Shown one piece after another: positions 56,570 to 64,000 of a DNA stretch of 64,000 nucleotides. The stretch spans positions 8,317-72,316 of IMG/VR virus record IMGVR_UViG_3300032282_004151; one strand, written 5' to 3'. Both the position numbers and the translations under genes were made by a program. The notes beneath the pieces were generated by a model, which was not told the origin of the DNA, did no database searches, and worked only from the letters and a program-made list of their open reading frames with translations. The DNA comes from a virus. How positions within the stretch are numbered: position 1 is the first letter of the stretch; each line of letters starts with the position of its first letter.

Positions 56570-59500
56570 ATTTGGATCAAGACATAAAATATATAAATAT
56601 CTCAACTTCTTCTTTGAGTTATGGATCCGCTTTATCGAAATCCGAGTTGGATTTTTTGACAGATGGATTTACTTCTGTAAACTTTCCATTTGGAAAATCA
56701 GAAGACGATTTCATCAAATTTAGCGTATTTGATTTTTCCAATACTCCTATCACATCCTCGTTTATATATGGAGGAGGAACATACACTCCATATACACAAT
56801 CATATTACGACGTAAGAAACAATAACGTAATATATTCATACAAGACATACACGAGCGATTTTCCAATTTTGGAAGGAACAACAAGTTCATTGTTTATTGA
56901 TATAGCACGTGAATTGAGAGAACTGGGTATCAATGATGGAAATTACAAAATTTCGATTGAATTACTAAGAAATATGATTGGTTCCGAGACATCATCTTCG
57001 GACAAACTCATCATTGATAAGATTTCAAATTCAAGAACAGAAATTGCGCTCATTCCAAAAACATTAAAGGGAACGACTGCAAAGATTGTTGACCAATTTG
57101 ATTTATTTTCAAATAATCAAATAAGATTGAGTGAAGTTGCGGAACAACTTCTCAATTCAATTAGCTCTCCTCAGTTTTACAACATATACTATTCCGCAGT
57201 AAAACTGGATCCAACGGGATCCAATTCATTGAAATTCAACTATGGATTTACATCGCGCGGAACGGAATACAACAGCGATATAGATGTAATATCGTTCATT
57301 ACGGATTTGTATTACGGAGTAAGAAAAGGAAATCTAAAATCAAACGGACAATATGCGACAAACGACATATTGGGAATATATGATCAATTCAAGAATTGGT
57401 TATATCAGAATTACAGCGCAGGTGCCACATTCCAAGATATCAAGAATTATTACTATAGTTTGTTCAGATATATAGTTGACCAAGAACTCAACCGAATTAC
57501 AAACAAAAAGCCCGAAGATTATGACTCTATAGTCAACTTTCTTCAGATAATATACTACAACACGATATTTTTCCCAAATGCGTATGGACTTGAGTTTAAG
57601 CATAACATAGACGTATCTGGATATTTCAAGAATTATATCAACTTTAACAATGGTAAAAGTTTTGCGCTGATAAATAAGAAGTCGGTCGTTTCCACCGATC
57701 CAAGATTTTATAATAAATTGGTACTGAAACTCGAAGAGCCTTTGCCATTTGATATCTCGGTAGGAGACGATGTGTGGATAACAAACACATTTGGATTTCT
57801 TCCAATAATACAAAATCTGTATTATTTCACTAAGCAAAAAATACAAACATTTCCTTTAAGAGGGCCAAATTTTCTGATAAGAATAGAGAATGAAGGAAAT
57901 TCTACAGAGGCTCTGTCAATGGAGGAGCTTATAAATCAAACAGGTAGCCAATATAATGAAGTATTGTCAAAAATAAACACAAAGAAGCGTGGAGAAATAG
58001 ACAATACAAATTACAGATACTTTGAAAACTTCGTGAATTTTTCATCAGCAAACCTAAGAATGAGGGCATATGATGAAAAGCAAAAGCAAATAGAAAGATT
58101 GCAAGAAACAATCAGCTTGTTGGATCAAAAATTGATAAGCAACCCGAACGATCCATTCTTCACAAAGGAGAGAGAAGAATTTTCAAGTGAGCTTGATGAA
58201 GTAGAAGCGTCGATGGATGGCTATGAGAAATTCCTATACAACAATTATATTTGGTATGATATACACGACGCATCCGCATCGTTGTACGACAAAAACAATG
58301 CAAATTCACTAATAAATAATCTTCCACAATTTATGGTGGAGGAATATCAGGAAAATCAAGACTTCATAGTATTTGTAGGAATGATTGGTCATTTCTTCGA
58401 CAATATTTCCATATCGGTAAAACAATTCACCGAAAAAAATAATTACACAAATTCTCCAAGTTACGGAATATCGTTGGATGTTGTTGAAAATATGCTACGG
58501 TCACTTGGTTGGGACGCCGAGATTTCAAAAGAAAACTTGCCTTTGTTATTAGGATCTTTCTCGAAAAATAATTTTGATCCATCTTCGGAGTTATACAACC
58601 TATCGAATACAATATCCGAGGAACAGCGCAATCAAATCATATGGAAGAGAATACTCAACAGTCTTCCGTATATCTATAAGACCAAAGGTACTGAGGCATC
58701 TTTGTCCGCTTTGTTCTCATGCTTTGGAATACCAAAGAATATAATAAAGATCAAAGAATATGGAAATATACAGAATATACATGACGAACATAATGAGTCT
58801 TTGTATGTCATAGATGAAGTAAAATACGAGCCATACTTTCAAGGAAAGGGCGAATATTTCAGACTGAATTGGACAGGAAGCATACAGTCGATAGAATTCA
58901 ATTTTGCATTTGATCCAAACAATACCAGCGAAGAGGGAAAAGTATTCAGACTAGCCAATTGCCCAGATTATTGGGTGATTGGAGCGTATAGAGACAGGGG
59001 CAAGGATTGGGGTAGATTGTTCTTCAGTTTGGACGATGGTGTTGGAAATGTAAGAACCATCATGACGGACAGAGCGCCGATATTTGATGGAAACACATAT
59101 CATGCAGTATTGCGTAGAAATTACCCAGACGATCTTTTGAACTTGTCTGGCTCGTATCCACAGCAAATTGATCCATATCCTATAAAGTATGACATTTGTC
59201 TGCAAAAAGCAGACGACGCGCATATTACATTCAATGCCACAGCAAGTTTGTTTTTCAGTGGAAGCTATAATGAAAATTACAGAAGTGGTTCGTATGTATG
59301 CATCGGAAACTATAATCAAAACACGGCTTCATTGAACATAGATCCCGAAGCGTTCTTTGGAAACATAGATGAGATAAAGTTGTGGGAAACTCCACTGAGT
59401 GATGATGAATTTAAAAACCATACACTACATCAGAACTCATATGATTTGGCAGATCCAAAGAAAATGATATCTAGCAATATCTATAGGATTTCGTTTGAAA

Positions 59501-61203
59501 GACCTGTTGATTTGTTTGATATATCTGGCACTGCCTCGTTGAATAACTTATCATTTAGATCCGACTTCCCAACATTCCAAGCAATTAATTTCCCAGAAGT
59601 ATTAGGTTTAATAGATCAACCAACAGTATGCTCGCCAGCTTCTGGTTCTGTATTTCCTTATCAATTCTTAAGAAAAGACACAAGACAGACCGTAAAAATC
59701 CCAGACTATGGCGCAAGCAAGTTCAGAAGTAATAAGATCAATTATTTGGAACAAGACATGATTTCCAATCTTTCTTCTGATACAAGAGCCACGGTGAGAG
59801 TTGGTGAGTCAATTTTGTCAGATACAAACAAGCTTGGAATATTCTTCTCCCCTGCAGATATACAGAACACGGAGATTATAAAATTCTTTGGTGAATATCC
59901 TTTGAGCGATTTGATTGGCGATCCTTCGACTGTATATGAAAGTTCATATCAGAGATTTGAAACATTCAGACAGATGTTCTATGACCAAGGATTTGGAAAC
60001 ATAGACTATCAGTTCTTCATGAACATTGTGCGTTTCTATTTTGACAAAGCGATGTTCAAGTATATCAAGAGCATAGTTCCTGCGAGAGTAAAACTTGTAG
60101 ATGGTATATTGGTAGAACCTTCCATATTGGAAAGGCCGAAGATTGAATTGAAGCCAATGGTAAGAGAAAACATACCACAGCGAGTTTCTTCGATTGCAAT
60201 CTATAAAGATGTTGAGGGATATAAGTTAGAACAAAAAACTGCAAGCTTGTCAGTTAGAAATTCTGGCCTATCAATATTGAATGATATCAACCATACATTC
60301 TTTCCAACTGATTATAATGAGTACGGTACTGCGATATATGCGGAAAACGGAATTACATATTACAACGATGAATTTTATCGTGCAGATGTCATTGAAGTCA
60401 AAAAATCATATCAAGTACATAACAAATACAATCTGCCAAAATCTTCATTGGATGACCGAGAAATTAATGTCAACCTAAACGGTACAGTACAAACAGTTAG
60501 TCGTTCTTACTACAAGATAAATTTGGCAAAGCTGCCTACTTTGTATGAATATCCAATGACAATGTCATTTGTTCCTTCAAATCAGGTATTCTACTTTAGC
60601 GGAAGTGTAGGATTTTCTCACAGCGATGGCTATGACGGTGGATATGCCATAACATCAAGTCACAACATAAATGGAACGATAAGTGGATCTATTTATGGGT
60701 TTGATTACAGAAATACTTGGATCGACGGCAACATTGCTGATGTAAAAGTTAATGCAGACTATTTTGGATCTTCTGGAGTAACTTACGTTGGAAACTTTGT
60801 AAACTCTGGGTCGATTGTGTTTTTTGAAGGAAACATAACTGGTATATCTCCAACCAGCACATATCGCGCAAATTTCTATGTTACGGATCGAACGGTTTCG
60901 ATATTCACAGAGTTTAAAAACAAAACCACGGGGCCATTATTTGGACCTCTCGGATCGGGTATTAATTATAGAAAGCAATTTTCTATGGAATATTATCCAT
61001 ATAATGCCAAATTATTGAACGGTTATTCCCCTGACCATTATAAGTATGGTAAGACTCAGTTCTCGGTAAAAGAGATCACATCATACGACCAAAACAACAA
61101 GCAGTTTAAGTGGAAAAAAGGAAGTCAGAATAAAAAAACTACAGTAAATGCGGAAACTGGGCTATTGGATAATAGTGATCCAGTTGAAACAAAAACACTC
61201 TAA
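56566..61203 (+). CDS. large baseplate/tail structural protein
   Basis: 1545 aa; LPYIYKTKGT baseplate-like motif; LamG-like segment. Confidence 0.75.
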   Translation: MNLDQDIKYINISTSSLSYGSALSKSELDFLTDGFTSVNFPFGKSEDDFIKFSVFDFSNTPITSSFIYGGGTYTPYTQSYYDVRNNNVIYSYKTYTSDFPILEGTTSSLFIDIARELRELGINDGNYKISIELLRNMIGSETSSSDKLIIDKISNSRTEIALIPKTLKGTTAKIVDQFDLFSNNQIRLSEVAEQLLNSISSPQFYNIYYSAVKLDPTGSNSLKFNYGFTSRGTEYNSDIDVISFITDLYYGVRKGNLKSNGQYATNDILGIYDQFKNWLYQNYSAGATFQDIKNYYYSLFRYIVDQELNRITNKKPEDYDSIVNFLQIIYYNTIFFPNAYGLEFKHNIDVSGYFKNYINFNNGKSFALINKKSVVSTDPRFYNKLVLKLEEPLPFDISVGDDVWITNTFGFLPIIQNLYYFTKQKIQTFPLRGPNFLIRIENEGNSTEALSMEELINQTGSQYNEVLSKINTKKRGEIDNTNYRYFENFVNFSSANLRMRAYDEKQKQIERLQETISLLDQKLISNPNDPFFTKEREEFSSELDEVEASMDGYEKFLYNNYIWYDIHDASASLYDKNNANSLINNLPQFMVEEYQENQDFIVFVGMIGHFFDNISISVKQFTEKNNYTNSPSYGISLDVVENMLRSLGWDAEISKENLPLLLGSFSKNNFDPSSELYNLSNTISEEQRNQIIWKRILNSLPYIYKTKGTEASLSALFSCFGIPKNIIKIKEYGNIQNIHDEHNESLYVIDEVKYEPYFQGKGEYFRLNWTGSIQSIEFNFAFDPNNTSEEGKVFRLANCPDYWVIGAYRDRGKDWGRLFFSLDDGVGNVRTIMTDRAPIFDGNTYHAVLRRNYPDDLLNLSGSYPQQIDPYPIKYDICLQKADDAHITFNATASLFFSGSYNENYRSGSYVCIGNYNQNTASLNIDPEAFFGNIDEIKLWETPLSDDEFKNHTLHQNSYDLADPKKMISSNIYRISFERPVDLFDISGTASLNNLSFRSDFPTFQAINFPEVLGLIDQPTVCSPASGSVFPYQFLRKDTRQTVKIPDYGASKFRSNKINYLEQDMISNLSSDTRATVRVGESILSDTNKLGIFFSPADIQNTEIIKFFGEYPLSDLIGDPSTVYESSYQRFETFRQMFYDQGFGNIDYQFFMNIVRFYFDKAMFKYIKSIVPARVKLVDGILVEPSILERPKIELKPMVRENIPQRVSSIAIYKDVEGYKLEQKTASLSVRNSGLSILNDINHTFFPTDYNEYGTAIYAENGITYYNDEFYRADVIEVKKSYQVHNKYNLPKSSLDDREINVNLNGTVQTVSRSYYKINLAKLPTLYEYPMTMSFVPSNQVFYFSGSVGFSHSDGYDGGYAITSSHNINGTISGSIYGFDYRNTWIDGNIADVKVNADYFGSSGVTYVGNFVNSGSIVFFEGNITGISPTSTYRANFYVTDRTVSIFTEFKNKTTGPLFGPLGSGINYRKQFSMEYYPYNAKLLNGYSPDHYKYGKTQFSVKEITSYDQNNKQFKWKKGSQNKKTTVNAETGLLDNSDPVETKTL

Positions 61204-61254
61204 AAATAGTAAAAAAAGTAATAAGATATATATTTATTGAGAAAGTAACACTAT

Positions 61255-61884
61255 ATGGCATATATAAACAATGAAATAATTACGGTAGACGCTGTGCTTA
61301 CAAAGAAAGGCAGAGAGCTTCTCGCGGCAAATGGTGGGTTGAATATTACGTCATATGCTTTGTCCGACGATGAAATTGATTATCGTTTGTATCAACCAAA
61401 CCATCCACAAGGATCTGCATATTACGACTTGGCAGTAAGAAACACTCCAGTATTCGAAGCATTCACGGATGAGACTCAGCTACTGAAATATAAGCTTGTT
61501 ACTCTTCCATCCGGTGTTACATCCATTCCAGTCATATCTTTGGGTCAAAGTTCAATCAACGTTGCCAAGGATTACAAGGGTGAAGTTGTTATTGTTCCTT
61601 CAACCAATCCAGTATATAATACGACTCTTGGATATACCGCAATCTTGGCCAACAAGTCGGTTGGTACAATCATTGGTGAGCAACTTCAAGGAATTTCCAA
61701 TGCAACAATTCCAACATTTATTGGAGACGTTTCATCTACCACTGCACAAATTGCTTTGGGATTGAGATTTAGATTTGTGCCAAACTCCGCATTGACACAG
61801 ACCACGACAACTACTTTGACAGTGGTTGGTAATGAAAGCGGAGGATCGGTATCCATACCAGTCACAGTAAATGTTGTAACATAA
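61255..61884 (+). CDS. virion structural protein
   Basis: DAVLTKKGRELLA..ALSDDEIDY. Confidence 0.75.
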   Translation: MAYINNEIITVDAVLTKKGRELLAANGGLNITSYALSDDEIDYRLYQPNHPQGSAYYDLAVRNTPVFEAFTDETQLLKYKLVTLPSGVTSIPVISLGQSSINVAKDYKGEVVIVPSTNPVYNTTLGYTAILANKSVGTIIGEQLQGISNATIPTFIGDVSSTTAQIALGLRFRFVPNSALTQTTTTTLTVVGNESGGSVSIPVTVNVVT

Positions 61885-61895
61885 TATTTATACCC

Positions 61896-63044
61896 ATGAT
61901 CTTCAAGCAATTTGACTCAACGGATATAGTAGCAGGAAGAACACAACCTGTATCAACTGGATTGTGGAGCGATGGCACGTCTTCTTGGTCTGAATTTTAT
62001 ACAAGCAGCCGTCAGACAAACATGTCTTCTTCCCAATTTGAGCCACTCAATGGGTTGTATTATACGAATGTGTACGATGCTCCAACTGGGTCTGTAAATT
62101 CAGACATATATTTTTCTTTGGCATATGGTAACTACAATGGTTCAGGCTCTTCGGATTTTGATACAGGATCTGCGCAAGGTAGTTTATTGTTTCCAACCAA
62201 GGCCATCTATAATCAATACAGAAATCTGCTATTGTCTCCGGGCGACAACAAATTTACATTTGCCACGTCATCTGCAACTTCTGGGGCAACTGTTGACTCT
62301 GATGAAATTCTGGCAATTTCCTTCAGAAGTTCAAAATACAAGGATAGACTAGATCCGGGTCAATTTGAAATGACACTGTCTGGTTCGGGTGCATCGGATG
62401 GAAGAAAGATTTTACAAATCATAGACGACTCCAGAGAAAATCCAGATACCGGACTTCAGACTGGTGGAAAGAGATACAATCTTATCATCGGAGATCTGAA
62501 TTCTGGTGCAACTTATTCTGGAATATACCACGGTATTGGTTCATTGTATCCAGATCTTGGTATGGTCATTCTAAATCCTAAGAAAATCAATGAACTTATA
62601 GGAGACTCTCCAGTGAGCGGTAAGTCATTTTATTGGGTCAATTCTCAGTGGAACGGTGGATTTGCAAGACTTCAAAATGCATTCTTTGAGTCTATCAAGT
62701 TGGGAGCAAAATTCTACAACGGTTCGTTGGTTGGATCAATGAAGGCCCGTGTAACAGAATATGTTCCAGCAAGGCATTATTTTGTTCGTGTAAAAAATCA
62801 AGAATATAACTATTCCAATAATCCTACATTTGTAATTTCTCCAAAGGAAGCATCGGATGCAGGTACTCCACAGGATTCTGGAAAATTAAGATTTACCGAC
62901 TTTTACACCAATCCTAAAGTGTATATTACCACTGTTGGTCTATACAACGAAAACAATGACCTTGTTGCCGTTGCCAAGTTGAGTCAGCCATTGCTGAAAG
63001 ACTTTACCAACGAGTGCCTTATAAAAATCAAGATAGATGTATAA
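61896..63044 (+). CDS. virion structural (tail/baseplate) protein
   Basis: YITTVGLYNENNDLVAVAKLSQP C-terminal motif. Confidence 0.75.
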   Translation: MIFKQFDSTDIVAGRTQPVSTGLWSDGTSSWSEFYTSSRQTNMSSSQFEPLNGLYYTNVYDAPTGSVNSDIYFSLAYGNYNGSGSSDFDTGSAQGSLLFPTKAIYNQYRNLLLSPGDNKFTFATSSATSGATVDSDEILAISFRSSKYKDRLDPGQFEMTLSGSGASDGRKILQIIDDSRENPDTGLQTGGKRYNLIIGDLNSGATYSGIYHGIGSLYPDLGMVILNPKKINELIGDSPVSGKSFYWVNSQWNGGFARLQNAFFESIKLGAKFYNGSLVGSMKARVTEYVPARHYFVRVKNQEYNYSNNPTFVISPKEASDAGTPQDSGKLRFTDFYTNPKVYITTVGLYNENNDLVAVAKLSQPLLKDFTNECLIKIKIDV

Positions 63045-63099
63045 CTAATAAAGATTAAATTAGACGGTGTTTTTATCCGCCTGTTTGATATTTATTAAC

Positions 63100-63921
63100 A
63101 TGAACCATTTAACTTGTCGCTTATGCGGGGCAGAGGTGCTCCCAAAAATAATGTCAATTCACTTGCGGGCGCACCATCAAGTGAAATTTTTAGACTATGT
63201 AAAAGAAAATATTTGCGATTTTGAGATCTTGTCTTGGAGAAAATGTATAATATGCGAAACGCCAACACGAAAAGTCGGTGACAAGCATCCACCGACTTGT
63301 TCAAGAGAGTGTTTGTCAAAATATAGAAAAACTTTGACGGGTCATAAATCTCCTAGATTTGGATGCAAAAATACAGAAAAATCTAAAGAAATAATGTCCG
63401 ATGTTCGGAAAGAATGGTTAAAAACAAACAACCACCCAATGTTAGGAAAGCAGCATTCCGACGAAACTTTGGACAAGATGTCCAAAGCAAAAATTGGATT
63501 ATACGATGGAGAAAAAAATCCAATGTATGGAAAAAAACATAAACCAGAATCACTGAAAAAGATGTTTGTTTGTCGCCCGATGAATTCTCTCGAATCCAAG
63601 GTGGCAGCGGAACTCGACCGACTTGGACTGAAATACACTTATCAATTTTTCATACACGATGGAGAGTTATGTCGTTCGTATGATTTTAAATTAAAACGCA
63701 GGCCAATAATCATAGAAGCCGATGGAGATTATTGGCACGGTAATCCAAACACCGAACATCATTGTCCGAGTGTCAACGATATTCAAGAAAACGATAAACT
63801 CAAAGAGAAGATGGCCGAGGCACGTGGGTATAAAGTTATTAGATTTTGGGAATCGGACGTGAAGAGAAACCTGTCTATTATAGAAACAAAACTGCGTTCC
63901 GAGGGAATACTCAAGGGATGA
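63100..63921 (+). mobile_element. free-standing homing endonuclease (zinc fingers, NUMOD3, DUF559/Vsr-like nuclease)
   Basis: HSDETLDKMS, NPMYGKKH; YDF..IIEADGDYWH..RFWE. Confidence 0.82.
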
Positions 63922-63937
63922 TTATATTTATGTCTAT

Positions 63938-64000
63938 ATGATTAAGCAGTTCTCTGCGGGAGATATCACAGTCAGACCTTTCAGTACGTTCAAGAATTGG
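63938..64000 (+). CDS. partial structural protein resembling the 61896 N-terminus
   Basis: MIKQFSAGDITVRPF.. runs off the window; late motif upstream. Confidence 0.6.
   Translation, partial: MIKQFSAGDITVRPFSTFKNW

Larger units (their letters stand above)
27012..63931 (+). promoter_or_regulatory. recurrent late-promoter motif ATATTTAT(A) just upstream of start codons
   Basis: 27012, 28441, 33541, 35114, 45470, 52297, 61230, 61884, 63088, 63924 (CTATTTAT at 49186). Confidence 0.75.

Noticed and set aside
63044-63938. Group I intron around the NUMOD3 endonuclease
   Set aside because: The upstream gene ends normally, the downstream gene has its own start and promoter motif, and the flanks are too short for a ribozyme core.
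1-64000. Alternative genetic code (stop-codon reassignment)
   Set aside because: Long genes are intact in code 11; TAA, TGA and TAG all serve as stops; no suppressor tRNA was seen.

Overview
This window is a segment of a large lytic myovirus-type (T4-like or jumbo) phage genome; the host cannot be identified from the sequence. It has three compartments. (1) 1-3.3 kb is AT-rich and holds small genes, a CDGSH protein, a GIY-YIG endonuclease and ssb. (2) About 3.5-26.1 kb is visibly more GC-rich and looks like an early or host-takeover array: about 55 mostly tiny genes, about 40 of them behind their own sigma70-type promoter (TTGACW-16/17 nt-YANNNT) placed 6-10 nt before ATG, implying leaderless mRNA. 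This array also carries an SF2 helicase, an HNH nuclease, five canonical tRNAs and one degenerate tRNA. Several aberrant tRNA-like RNAs occur too: a D-armless Arg(UCU), an anticodon-less G3-U70 RNA and two minis. It further contains an unannotated 44-aa ArfA-like ribosome rescue factor and several repeated, covarying structured-RNA motifs. (3) 26.5-64 kb is AT-rich and marked by an ATATTTAT late-promoter motif. It encodes Thr-Pro mucin-like virion proteins beside a glycosyltransferase cluster led by a GT60-like enzyme, PhoH, Hsp20, peptide deformylase, a gp55-like late sigma factor, baseplate genes and a NUMOD3/DUF559 endonuclease. All calls come from reading motifs by eye; no database searches or folding programs were run.
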